A DNA stretch of 64,000 bases from Acidobacteriota bacterium (GTDB lineage Bacteria > Acidobacteriota > UBA6911 > RPQK01 > JADFOI01): NCBI GenBank assembly GCA_963663035.1, contig OY760074.1:2528001-2592000 (forward strand). The letters run 5' to 3'. Both the position numbers and the translations under genes were made by a program. The notes under the pieces are model-generated. The model worked only from the letters and a program-made list of their open reading frames with translations, made no database searches and was not told where the DNA came from. Every line of letters starts with the position of its first letter. The first letter of the stretch is position 1. This document shows positions 19,485 through 28,875 of this stretch, in pieces.

Positions 19485-20030
19485 CTAAGGACTCATAAAA
19501 GCTAAAAACAGATGCATGCCACGGCGGACCGCACGGATAACCGCCTGGGCGCTGGAAGCGTGTCCCACCAGGTTGAATTCATGCTCCAGATCCCAGCTAT
19601 CCGATGGACTTTTCCCTTCCAGCTGGTCCAGGAAAGCCTCTGTTTCCAATTCCTTGGCGTCCTCGTTTTCAAGGATGAGGACCTTTCTCACGGTGCCGTC
19701 CAGATCGTAACCCACAGCCATATCGATGACGCCTTGTGAACCCACGGCGTCCACCATCAACACCGCCCCGATCGACTGCATTTTTTGGGTCTGAGGGTCC
19801 GTGGCAACGGCAACAAAGATAGTGAGATCTTTGTCAGCTTCCTGGATCTTATCTTCTGCAGCCACTTCTACCTGATGCAACTGCTCAGAGCTAAAATGTT
19901 TGTGACGGCTGACGAAATTGTCGGCTTCCGGGAAGAATTTGTTCAAAGTCTCCCGCGTGAGAGCATCATCGTGACCAAAAGCCGGGACAGTCAAGCACAA
20001 AGTCATGACAAGAAGAAAAAGTTTTCTCAT
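19485..20030 (-). CDS. Exported FMN-binding-like (RnfG/NqrC-type) protein lacking the flavinylation motif
   Basis: Signal peptide ending AFG-HDD; GSQGVIDMAVGYDLDGTVRKVLIL and FLDQLEGK resemble FMN_bind; no SGAT. Confidence 0.6.
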   Translation of the reverse strand: MRKLFLLVMTLCLTVPAFGHDDALTRETLNKFFPEADNFVSRHKHFSSEQLHQVEVAAEDKIQEADKDLTIFVAVATDPQTQKMQSIGAVLMVDAVGSQGVIDMAVGYDLDGTVRKVLILENEDAKELETEAFLDQLEGKSPSDSWDLEHEFNLVGHASSAQAVIRAVRRGMHLFLAFMSP

Positions 20031-20154
20031 GGTTTTCACCCTCTTTAGCTAATCATAAGATGTTGGCAGGACAATTTAGTTGATTCAACTGTCTATTTTA
20101 CAACCGTTTTCTCCCAAACCAAAGGAAAATGTCAAGAAGCCCCCCCCCCGGCCT

Positions 20155-20390
20155 GGCCCTTGGGCTGAAGCCCACGGCTCTGACTGATCCTCGTTAGCTC
20201 CCATCAGAGCCGCAGGCTTTAGAGGGTGTCGCAAAGGGCAGTTGATCTTGATTAAGGCATGTAGGGGCGCACAGCCGTGCGCCCACAAACCAAGCTTTAT
20301 CAACTGCTTATAGGGGCGCACGGCTGTGCGCCCCTATACAAGAAACCTGGGTCAACCGACTTTTGCGACACCCTCTTTAGCCTGCGGGCC
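20155..20390. repeat. REPIN-like doublet interrupted by a 154 bp MITE
   Basis: Inverted copy of 6712-6788 whose second REP is split at TTTA. Confidence 0.85.
20222..20375. mobile_element. MITE carrying two GGGGCGCAC-type REPs
   Basis: TIR gagggtgtcgcaaa / tttgcgacaccctc; TTTA direct repeat at 20218-20221 and 20376-20379; REPs at 20261-20284 and 20309-20338. Confidence 0.85.
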
Positions 20391-21285
20391 CGGCTCCCTG
20401 GATAAAATCGGTGACCACCCGCGCGAAGTCCTCCGGATACTCCCGGTAGGAGTAATGACCCGCGTTGTTGAAGATGTGCATCTGAGCACGGGAGACGCTG
20501 GGGGCCAACAGCTCGAACAGCTCCATTCCAGTGGTGATCACTGCTGAGGGATCATTGTAGCCCCACACAAGCAGGGTGGGAGCCTTGAGTCTTCCTTCTT
20601 TGATCCAGCGGAGTGTCTCTTCTTTCTGCTGGCCCAGCTGAGGAAGAAACAGAGTGGAAAACAACTTTGACATCTTCTTGATGGCTTCAACGGACTGGGG
20701 AAGGGTGGCCACCTGGTGTCTGATGGAGACCCAATCCTCAGTCACATGCTCAGCAGAGGAGGAAAAGGCCTCACTCACCCACCGAAGACTTTCCTTCGTG
20801 AGCAGCGGTTGGGGGGCATCAGAGAGAAGTTTGGCGCGGCGCATCTTGGAACGCTCTTTTTCGCTGCTGGGATTCTCACCGGGCGCCAGGGTTCCGCTAT
20901 CAACAACCACCAGCGTTCGGACCAACTCGGGGTGCTCCAGGGTCAGTCGAGTGACGAGATAACCACCCCGTGAGTGGCCGACCAGGTGGACCTTCTCCAG
21001 GCCCATCTCGCGGATGAAATCATAGGCATGTTGAACGACTGCTGCCATGGTGTAGCCCTCATCCGTTTTGGGAAGGTCGGTAAACCCCTGTCCCAGTTTA
21101 TCCGGAGCATAAACATGGAAGGATTTTACGAACCACGGCCAGTTCCGGTCCCAGTTATCAGCAAGATCAACGTTGTCGTTGTTGCCCAGGTTCCCTCCAT
21201 GGAAAAGGATCAGCGGCTCTCCTGTTCCCTCATCAAAGTATCTCGTGTTGACCCCGTTGACCCTGACGTAGTGGGGATTTTCCAT
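20377..21285 (-). CDS. Alpha/beta fold hydrolase
   Basis: FHGG, DKLGQG, nucleophile GHSRGG, WGYND, AGHY. Confidence 0.9.
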   Translation of the reverse strand: MENPHYVRVNGVNTRYFDEGTGEPLILFHGGNLGNNDNVDLADNWDRNWPWFVKSFHVYAPDKLGQGFTDLPKTDEGYTMAAVVQHAYDFIREMGLEKVHLVGHSRGGYLVTRLTLEHPELVRTLVVVDSGTLAPGENPSSEKERSKMRRAKLLSDAPQPLLTKESLRWVSEAFSSSAEHVTEDWVSIRHQVATLPQSVEAIKKMSKLFSTLFLPQLGQQKEETLRWIKEGRLKAPTLLVWGYNDPSAVITTGMELFELLAPSVSRAQMHIFNNAGHYSYREYPEDFARVVTDFIQGAGPAG

Positions 21286-21296
21286 GATTCTGGGGG

Positions 21297-22655
21297 TTAG
21301 GCCTCCAGCTCGAACCCGGGCCCGGGAAGAAAGCGACCCGTACCTGGCTGGGCGACAATTTTGCCATCACTTGCCACCAGAATTCCCCGCACATAGGTGG
21401 CAACGGGACGGCCTTGAACTCTGAGGCCATCATAAGGCGTCCATCCCGCCTTGCTGAGCATGGTTTGGTCGCTCAGGGTGTGTGTGGCCTTCATGTCGAT
21501 GAGGACCAGGTCAGCGTCTCCCCCGGGCTGCAGGTTCCCCTTCCTGGGCCAGAGTCGGTAGAGTTTTGCCGGTCTTTCGGCCACCAGCTGGACAATGCGC
21601 TCGAGGCTCAGGCGACCGGCATTCACCGCATTCAAGAGCAGGGTGAGAGTGGTCTGCACACCTGGTAATCCGAAGTGTCCCTCCCACATATTCTCTTTCC
21701 CTTCGGCTTTTTGGGCAGCGGTTGAGGGTGCATGATCGCTTGAGATGTGTGTGATCTCGCCATCTGCCAGCCGCTGCCAGAGGCCCTCTGCCTGTTCCTT
21801 ACTCCGCGCCGGCGGCGTGAATTTGCGGTAGGGTCCGTGCTTGAGAATATCGGCCTCGGAAAAATAGAGATACTGCGGACATGACTCTGCCCACAGCTTG
21901 GCGCCCGACTGACGATTCCCGGCTACAAGGTCGAGAACTTCGGGATGGCTGATGTGTGCGATGACGATCTTGGCGCCACCCAGTCTTGCCAGGAGAGCTA
22001 CTGTATTGGCGGCGACTTGCTCGGCCTCCTGGCTTCGCCACTGGCGGAGAATTCCATAGTCCTTCCGACCCAGCTTCTTGAGCCGCACCTCATTGTCAGC
22101 CGTGATGAACTCATCCTCACAATGGACCAGGCAGAGACCATCAAACTTGGCTACGGCCTGAAAGAGCTGGAGCATCCTGCCCGCTAAAACTGCCGGCACC
22201 CCATGGGTCGAGCAGGTAAAGACCTTGAAAAACTGCATCCCAGCACGCCACAAGTCTTCCACCTGTGGAATGTCCTCGGGCCAAACATGGGCTCCCAGCC
22301 CATAATCTACGACAGACCGATCTCTCAGGTGAGCAAGCTTCTCCTGCAGGAAAGGGGTATTCCGAACCGGGTGGCTGTGGGTGTGCTCGATCACTGTGGT
22401 AACCCCACCCACAGCTGCGGCGCTCGAGCCCGACACAAAATCTTCGCGGCTGTTATCGCCAGGATCTTGAAAGTGGACATGCCCGTCGATCATCCCGGGA
22501 AGGACCAACAGGTCCGATGCATCATGGTGCTGGCGTGCCTCGAGGCGATCGGAGGTCACCCTGGCGATGACACCGTCTTGCAGGTAGAGGTTCTTGTTTT
22601 CGCGGCCGGTCGCTGAGACAAGCGTGCCGCCCTCGATTGCGAGATCATATTTCAT
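21297..22655 (-). CDS. Cyclic amidohydrolase (allantoinase/dihydroorotase family)
   Basis: PGMIDGHVHF, AAAVGGVTT, FKVF, HCED, AHIS, SDHAP, GDADLV. Confidence 0.88.
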   Translation of the reverse strand: MKYDLAIEGGTLVSATGRENKNLYLQDGVIARVTSDRLEARQHHDASDLLVLPGMIDGHVHFQDPGDNSREDFVSGSSAAAVGGVTTVIEHTHSHPVRNTPFLQEKLAHLRDRSVVDYGLGAHVWPEDIPQVEDLWRAGMQFFKVFTCSTHGVPAVLAGRMLQLFQAVAKFDGLCLVHCEDEFITADNEVRLKKLGRKDYGILRQWRSQEAEQVAANTVALLARLGGAKIVIAHISHPEVLDLVAGNRQSGAKLWAESCPQYLYFSEADILKHGPYRKFTPPARSKEQAEGLWQRLADGEITHISSDHAPSTAAQKAEGKENMWEGHFGLPGVQTTLTLLLNAVNAGRLSLERIVQLVAERPAKLYRLWPRKGNLQPGGDADLVLIDMKATHTLSDQTMLSKAGWTPYDGLRVQGRPVATYVRGILVASDGKIVAQPGTGRFLPGPGFELEA

Positions 22656-23635
22656 CAGTCTTGGAAAAACGTGTGAAGTTCAGCACTCGAATTGAATCCA
22701 TTTCCCAAAACCAGCATGAGCTTGATCCTAGCTCTTGGCCCAGAGAGATAGTGGGCAAAATAGCATCCCAGCTTTTTCAAGTCTCGATGAGCCCCTTGGT
22801 AACCGTACTCGTCGACCACTGGTCCAATCCCACATCGAGTGGTGATGACCACGGGCACCCTCGACTCCACAAGGTCTGCTAGTACAGGCATGATCTTGGG
22901 GGGGACTCGTCCCCCTCCCAAGGCTTCGATGATGACTCCTTGAGGTTTCATCTTTTGAATGGCCTCTAAGAGTGTCACTTCAAAGTCAGCGGTGAGCGTC
23001 ACCAGAGGCACCGGAGTCGCATAAGTCGCCTCAAGTTTCTCAACAGCGCGGGATATCCTGCGCTTGATGTAGAGGTGATCAAACGCTATTTCACCAAGAG
23101 GGCCGTATGGCGGTGACTGAAATGCATCGACCCGTTGGGTGTGGAATTTTCTCACCTCTTCAGCGGAATGAACCTGTTCGTTCATCACGACCAGCACGCC
23201 CAGGTCGCGGGCCTCAGGGGAAGCTGCGACTCGCAGAGAGGAGACCAGATTTCTCAGGCCCTCGTATCCCGTTTCATCTGCCGAACGCATGGCGCCAGTG
23301 AAGACCACCGGCTTGGAAGCTTGGTAGCATAAATGGACGAAATAGGATGATTCCTCCATGGTATCCGTTCCATGGGTAATAACAATTCCGTCTACATCGG
23401 GGTTGGCCGAGTGGCTCAGAACCTTTTGAGAAATCTCCTTTATTGTCTCAAGTGACATCTGGGCACTGGGGATATTGACTATATCCTCTGCAGAAATCTC
23501 CATGTCGCTGGGAAAATGCGAGGCCAGTTGCTGCTGGAAGTCTCGGCCCTTCAAAGATGGAATCGGGTGTGGAGAGTTCGGGGTCTGATCCATTGCAATG
23601 GTCCCACCCGTGGACAGAATGACGACTTTCCCCAT
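22655..23635 (-). CDS. L-asparaginase family protein
   Basis: STGGTIA, THGTDTMEE, TGAMR, KFHT. Confidence 0.92.
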   Translation of the reverse strand: MGKVVILSTGGTIAMDQTPNSPHPIPSLKGRDFQQQLASHFPSDMEISAEDIVNIPSAQMSLETIKEISQKVLSHSANPDVDGIVITHGTDTMEESSYFVHLCYQASKPVVFTGAMRSADETGYEGLRNLVSSLRVAASPEARDLGVLVVMNEQVHSAEEVRKFHTQRVDAFQSPPYGPLGEIAFDHLYIKRRISRAVEKLEATYATPVPLVTLTADFEVTLLEAIQKMKPQGVIIEALGGGRVPPKIMPVLADLVESRVPVVITTRCGIGPVVDEYGYQGAHRDLKKLGCYFAHYLSGPRARIKLMLVLGNGFNSSAELHTFFQD

Positions 23636-23696
23636 CTCCTATCTCTCCAAGACCAAAAGAATTATGAGTCCGGCCTTCCTATATTACAGATAATCG

Positions 23697-23726
23697 TTGA
23701 CGTGGCAATTTTCTCTCTGATAGTTT
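23697..23726 (+). promoter_or_regulatory. Putative sigma70 promoter (probably leaderless) for the TPR-VWA genes
   Basis: TTGACG-N18-TAGTTT ending 7 nt before ATG 23734; no RBS. Confidence 0.4.
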
Positions 23727-23733
23727 ATGCACC

Positions 23734-24342
23734 ATGAAACAAATGGAACTCAGGTTCTTACCCTTGTTGTTGGCCTTGATCGTCATTACCTCCATCGTTT
23801 TGCTGGCATATTCCTATCTTCAGTCTTCGGTGGCTGGCCGTCAGGAAACAGCCCAGCAATTTGAAAGCGACGCGCTGACAGAAGAAGCAATGACGGAATA
23901 CCAGGATGCGGTTGAGTTTCTCGGTAGTTCTTCTCTGCTCAGGGGGCAATTCGAAGAACAGTATTCCGACGCCATGGTTGGTCAGTTGAGAATTCTGTAC
24001 CAACAGGAAAGATATGACGAGGCGATCGAGTTGGCCGAGATTTCCATTCAGGAGGAAATCTCAGACTCGGCAGCAGCGTACTTTTGGAGCGGCAACGCAT
24101 TCTTCCAGAAGGGCATTCAGGAAGAAATGATGGAGGATGCATTCGCCTGGTTTCATCGAGCCCAGGATCAGTATCGACACGGCTTGGAGAAAGATGATCA
24201 AGAGAGATGGAACATCCGCTACAACTACGAGTTAGTGAGGACGGCTCTAGAGCAGGCGGAACAAGAGGAAGAGGATGAACCGGTCAAGGTCCTGCGACCC
24301 AGAGAGCATATCGAACAAGCCGACGCCAAGGTGGCAGGCTAA
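23734..24342 (+). CDS. MxaK/BatC-like TPR protein with N-terminal membrane anchor
   Basis: TM helix; YFWSGNAFF and NIRYNYELV TPR-like helices; precedes VWA and MoxR genes. Confidence 0.6.
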   Translation: MKQMELRFLPLLLALIVITSIVLLAYSYLQSSVAGRQETAQQFESDALTEEAMTEYQDAVEFLGSSSLLRGQFEEQYSDAMVGQLRILYQQERYDEAIELAEISIQEEISDSAAAYFWSGNAFFQKGIQEEMMEDAFAWFHRAQDQYRHGLEKDDQERWNIRYNYELVRTALEQAEQEEEDEPVKVLRPREHIEQADAKVAG

Positions 24343-24345
24343 CCT

Positions 24346-25347
24346 GTGACCTTTGGCGCTCCAAGATTCCTCAATCTGCTTTTCCTGCTACCCATAGTTA
24401 TCCTCCTCTTCTGGATCATTCTTCGCTACATAGAAAAAGTGAGACTCCAGTTTCAGATGAAGCAGGTGGTGCGTACCAGCTCTTTTGCAAGCCCATTCCG
24501 CTATGTTCGGTTAGCCTTTTTGTTTGTCCTGGGATGTGGAAGTTTAATCCTGGCTCTAGCTGAGCCTCAGATCGAGATCAAGAGAGAGGAAGAAGTCTAT
24601 AGAAAAATCAATGTCGTTTTTCTTCTGGACACCTCCCTCTCAATGAGGGCCAGGGATATTGCCCCCTCGCGAATCGACCGAGCTCGTCAGGAAATTCAGA
24701 GCTTTATTCTGAATCGAAGTGAAAACATCGGCCAAATAGGGCTCGTCAGCTTTGCCGGAACGAGTATCATACTCTCTTATCTGACCGACGATCCTGCCAA
24801 CATTCTTTTTTACCTGGACTACCTGGAGACTGACTGGCGACCAACTTTCGGAACCGATATTGGTGCTGGGTTCCAGAACGGGCTTGTGCTTTTAGAGAAG
24901 GAGCAGGAGTTAGACAGTGACCTTCGACCTGAGGACATTACGTTCATCTTGATCTCCGATGGAGAGGACCATGGGCTCATCTTACGGCAAGCCGTACAGA
25001 AGGCCTTTGAATTGGATGTGCGAGCCTATACTGTCGGTCTGGGAACGCAACTTGGAGGCTACATTCCTATGGGAGAGAGGGATGGGCACACCATCTTTCT
25101 GTTGGATGAGGACGGCAACAGGGTACTGGCGACCTTCGATGAAGGCACTTTGCGTTGGGTGGCTGGTTCGACAGGAGGGCGCTACTATCGATCGCATACG
25201 GGCACAGAATTAAGAGAAAACCTGAATGAAATTCTTTGGAATGAGAGAAAAGTGGTTGGCACACGAATGGTAACCGAGAAGACTCCCTTGTACTATTGGT
25301 TCATCGTCACTGGATTTGCTGCATTGGCAGTTTTTTTTATTGATTGA
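24346..25347 (+). CDS. Membrane-anchored VWA protein (MxaL/BatB-like)
   Basis: LALAEPQ, MIDAS LDTSLSM, GTDIG, ISDGED, N- and C-terminal TM helices. Confidence 0.88.
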   Translation: MTFGAPRFLNLLFLLPIVILLFWIILRYIEKVRLQFQMKQVVRTSSFASPFRYVRLAFLFVLGCGSLILALAEPQIEIKREEEVYRKINVVFLLDTSLSMRARDIAPSRIDRARQEIQSFILNRSENIGQIGLVSFAGTSIILSYLTDDPANILFYLDYLETDWRPTFGTDIGAGFQNGLVLLEKEQELDSDLRPEDITFILISDGEDHGLILRQAVQKAFELDVRAYTVGLGTQLGGYIPMGERDGHTIFLLDEDGNRVLATFDEGTLRWVAGSTGGRYYRSHTGTELRENLNEILWNERKVVGTRMVTEKTPLYYWFIVTGFAALAVFFID

Positions 25348-25372
25348 CCCAGTCCGGCTGTGTATTTAGAAT
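25344..25372 (+). promoter_or_regulatory. Putative sigma70 promoter of moxR
   Basis: TTGACC-N17-TAGAAT. Confidence 0.55.
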
Positions 25373-25395
25373 AGCCGCTTCCATTAGGAAGAAAC

Positions 25396-26406
25396 ATGAA
25401 AAAAGAAGAAGCTTTAGAACTTCTCAGAAAGATCGAAAAAGAGGTGAACCAAATCATCATCGGGCAGGACCGGATGATTCGTGACCTCCTGGTCGGTCTT
25501 TTCACAGAGATTCCCTATTCATTCAAGAAAGAGGAATCCAAGAATGGCCAACGTGGGGGTTGCGCTCATGTTCTGCTGGAAGGAGTACCTGGAACGGCCA
25601 AAACGTTGGCGGTAGTGGCTCTTTCCAGTGTGGTCAGCGCCAAGTTTCAGCGCATCCAGCTCACCCCCGATCTTTTACCGGCAGATATTGTGGGGACGCG
25701 TATCTTTGATCCCTCCAAGGGGACTTTTGGAGTTGAGCACGGGCCGATATTCACCAACATTCTACTTGCGGATGAGATTAACCGGGCTACCCCGAAGACG
25801 CAAAGCGCATTGCTGGAGGCAATGCAGGAACGTCAAGTCACCCTGGGAGACAACACCTTCAAATTGGACGATCCGTTCTGGGTGCTGGCAACTCAAAATC
25901 CTGTCGAGCAAGAAGGAGTTTATATATTACCCGAGGCCCAGAAAGACCGATTTTCCATGATGTTGCAAGTGGACTATCCGGAGCACAAAGACGAGTTCAC
26001 GATGCTGCAAACCGAAATGGGCAATATCACCCTGACACCTTTAATAGACCCGAAGACGGTGATTAAGATTCGAGAGTTGATCCGCGACACCTATGTCAAC
26101 GACCGCTTGAGAGAATATATTGTGCGGCTGGGAAGGGCGACTCGGGACCCCAAAGCCTTCGGACTCGACAGTATCGCGGAAGCCGTCACCGTGGGAATCT
26201 CACCTCGAGCCTACCACCACCTGCTTGCTCTTTCCAAGACCGTGGCTTTCTTCCGCGAGGGGGATTACGTGATGCCTTGCGATGTCAAGGAAATTGCTGT
26301 TCCGGCTCTCCGGCACCGGATTATTCGCAGCGTTCAGGCGGAAGCCGCCAAGATAAGCACGGACGACATTTTGAACACAATCCTCGAGGGAGTTCCCATC
26401 CCCTGA
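25396..26406 (+). CDS. moxR: MoxR-family AAA+ ATPase
   Basis: HVLLEGVPGTAKT, RIQLTPDLLPADI, LADEINRATPKTQSALLEAMQE, ATQNPVEQEG. Confidence 0.95.
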   Translation: MKKEEALELLRKIEKEVNQIIIGQDRMIRDLLVGLFTEIPYSFKKEESKNGQRGGCAHVLLEGVPGTAKTLAVVALSSVVSAKFQRIQLTPDLLPADIVGTRIFDPSKGTFGVEHGPIFTNILLADEINRATPKTQSALLEAMQERQVTLGDNTFKLDDPFWVLATQNPVEQEGVYILPEAQKDRFSMMLQVDYPEHKDEFTMLQTEMGNITLTPLIDPKTVIKIRELIRDTYVNDRLREYIVRLGRATRDPKAFGLDSIAEAVTVGISPRAYHHLLALSKTVAFFREGDYVMPCDVKEIAVPALRHRIIRSVQAEAAKISTDDILNTILEGVPIP

Positions 26407-26455
26407 TTGGTGACAGCTAACAACTGACCATTGGCCGCTGAAGCCTGGAACCTTC

Positions 26456-27115
26456 TTAATATTCCTTCCACTTCACCTTCTTGAAGCGTTCCCTGCGCTC
26501 TTCTTCTTCTTCCCAGGTCATGGGCCCTCGCCAACCCGCGATGTCCCATCCAGTGACCAAACCCGGCTGATTGGGGTTAGTGATCTGATGCTCATCATCG
26601 GAGGGAAGAATGGGAACGCCAGTCTCATCACGCATGACGGTGTGCTGGGGATAGTTCTGATAAAAGACCACAAAGACTCTAAGACGCACTAGACGGTATA
26701 CGCTTTGAAGCCTCCCCAACACCTGCGAGTCACTGATGTTGACCCCGTCGGCGATCATGTTCAAGTAGTCGGCCCGGTTGGCCTCGGAAAGTTCAACAAA
26801 TGTCTGCCCGCCAAAGTGGGCGGCACTCTCACTGTTGAAAAGGGCCAGATCCTCATCGGGAATGGAATCAACTCCCTTCATGATCTCGGCAGTGATGTTG
26901 TAGGGCTCGAGGGTCTTGTAACCTGGATCGCCGGGACTGGAGGGAATCAGGGTGTCACCCAACTTGGCAAAAATCAGTTCGCGATCATAGTTGGAAGGGA
27001 GAGCTCCTTCCCCCTGGCCTCGGGAAGGACTCACCTGAGATACCGCTACGGCCACGGTGCTGACGCTTCCGTGTTTGATGAATTTTCTTCGGGAAACCTT
27101 TTCCTTCTTGGACAT
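26456..27115 (-). CDS. Tat-signal small subunit (gluconate 2-dehydrogenase subunit 3-like)
   Basis: SRRKFIK; LGDTLIPS..GDPG; GWDIAGWRGP; directly downstream of the GMC gene. Confidence 0.7.
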   Translation of the reverse strand: MSKKEKVSRRKFIKHGSVSTVAVAVSQVSPSRGQGEGALPSNYDRELIFAKLGDTLIPSSPGDPGYKTLEPYNITAEIMKGVDSIPDEDLALFNSESAAHFGGQTFVELSEANRADYLNMIADGVNISDSQVLGRLQSVYRLVRLRVFVVFYQNYPQHTVMRDETGVPILPSDDEHQITNPNQPGLVTGWDIAGWRGPMTWEEEEERRERFKKVKWKEY

Positions 27116-27127
27116 CTATTCGTTCCT

Positions 27128-28636
27128 CTAAGCTCGGGTGTAGTGGTCGGAAATGAGTCTACGCGCTGCAAAGGCAGCAGTCGTACAAACGGGGATGCAC
27201 TTGTGCCCCAGGCAGGCTCTGGGGATCACGCTTCCATCACAGATCAGCAAGTTCTCCACATCGTGCGATTCAAAATGTGGATTCACCACTGATTCCTTGG
27301 GGTCCGAGCCGGCCCGGCAAGTACCTGTGGGATGGCCTCCCCCGAAAGAGGGCGGGTCTTCTTGCTCAATGGTCCTGGCACCCATCTGCCGGTGGATCTC
27401 CCTCATGATCTCTGCGGCCCAATGCAGTTTCTTGACATTCCTGGGATCCGAATAGGGATAGGTTGTGGCTCCGGTGATGATATTGATGCTGCCTTTGACC
27501 AGCGGTGTCAAAATGCTGGCGCGAATACCACCTACGCGCCGAATGGCCGTGCGCATGTAGTCTTTGTGGGCCTGGCCGAAACGGGGTGCCAAACCTCTCA
27601 GGGCGGCCACCTGGGGGTAGGTCGGGAAGCTCATGACGGTGTCTCGAATCCCAACCATATTGTTTCCATCGGAGGGGACCTCGGGCCAAAAGTAGTGACC
27701 GTAATTTCCCGCTCCCCGTTCTGTCTTCAAATCAAAATCGTATTGGGCCCAAACGTCAGTGCCGGGTTGAATCTCCAGGTTGTTTCCCACATTGGGGTTA
27801 TCGACCAAAGTTCTATCGCCCAGTTGCTCCCTGGGCCCATAACCGGAGCGACCCAGCAAGAAGGGAGTGCCGTAGGCTCCACAGGACACGAGAACCTTGT
27901 CCGCCCTCAACTCACGGATCGTTCCGTCTTTCTGCTTCAACACCACCCCTCGGGCAATTCCCTTCTCTCCCCTTGGCTCGATGATGACCTTCTCCACTTC
28001 GACTTCCGGAATAAGCTCAACCCCGTTTTGCTCCGCCCTCCACACGTAGCCTAAAACATTGGGCTTGGAGTCATACCGACAGAAGTTACCGCGGCCGCAT
28101 AAGCCGCAGTAAATGCAATTCTTACGGCCGGTTGGAACGTAACGAGGATCTTGTCCCATCGACTCGAGAGCCTCTTTGAAGAGACGGTTGCCGGTGGTCC
28201 ACATCTCCTCGGGAACATCTCCGATATCAAACTCACGAACGATTTCCTCAACGGCGTCTTTGTATTTATCCTGGCTCCAATCGACTCCGCTTTCATCCAT
28301 CCAGTGGATGTGGTCCATCTCCTCGGGAACATAGGCATTGTTGCCCCAGTGCATGGTGCTCCCACCCACCATTTTGCAAGCCTCGGGCCACGGCCATACC
28401 CAAAAATTACTTTCGTTGTGGGACACATTGGTGAACCTCGAGCGCCGGCTGGGTACGCCGTATCCCGGGTTGAGTTTTCCCTTCAAGTGGGGCCCTGCTT
28501 CAAGCATGGCAATCCTGAGGGGTTCTCCATCGCGGGCACGCACACCATCCTCAGCCAGGTGGGCGGCAATGATGGAGCCAGCCGTACCCGCTCCTACAAT
28601 GATCAGATCATAGGGTCTTTGACTTTGATCCTGCAT
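27128..28636 (-). CDS. GMC-family FAD oxidoreductase with Cys cluster
   Basis: IVGAGTAG, LEAG, VGGSTMHW, CIYCGLCGRGNFC, HPTGTCRAG, CDGSVIP. Confidence 0.92.
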   Translation of the reverse strand: MQDQSQRPYDLIIVGAGTAGSIIAAHLAEDGVRARDGEPLRIAMLEAGPHLKGKLNPGYGVPSRRSRFTNVSHNESNFWVWPWPEACKMVGGSTMHWGNNAYVPEEMDHIHWMDESGVDWSQDKYKDAVEEIVREFDIGDVPEEMWTTGNRLFKEALESMGQDPRYVPTGRKNCIYCGLCGRGNFCRYDSKPNVLGYVWRAEQNGVELIPEVEVEKVIIEPRGEKGIARGVVLKQKDGTIRELRADKVLVSCGAYGTPFLLGRSGYGPREQLGDRTLVDNPNVGNNLEIQPGTDVWAQYDFDLKTERGAGNYGHYFWPEVPSDGNNMVGIRDTVMSFPTYPQVAALRGLAPRFGQAHKDYMRTAIRRVGGIRASILTPLVKGSINIITGATTYPYSDPRNVKKLHWAAEIMREIHRQMGARTIEQEDPPSFGGGHPTGTCRAGSDPKESVVNPHFESHDVENLLICDGSVIPRACLGHKCIPVCTTAAFAARRLISDHYTRA

Positions 28637-28791
28637 TACTCAAGGTCTCCAGTTCATGTCAAGAAAGGAAAAGAAGGTCCGACTAGGTGTGCGCTCACGA
28701 CGCATAGCTAAGATCCTCCATTAACTTATCGGAACCGATAATTGAGACTCAGAATACAACTTTAGAATCGAAAAGCAAGTGAAAAGAGGCG

Positions 28792-28814
28792 CTGCCTCCT
28801 GCCTCCTGCCTCCT
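28792..28814. repeat. Short heptamer array (CTGCCTC x3)
   Basis: ctgcctcctgcctcctgcctcct; same family as 6848-6892. Confidence 0.65.
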
Positions 28815-28875
28815 TCTTTTCCTTGCTGTTTCTGGTGAAAAAAGTTATTCATGTGGGGTAGGGGAGAGTCGAGTT

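Noticed and set aside
28737-28757. Fur-like box upstream of the GMC gene
   Set aside because: Only a partial match (gataattgagactca) with no convincing palindrome
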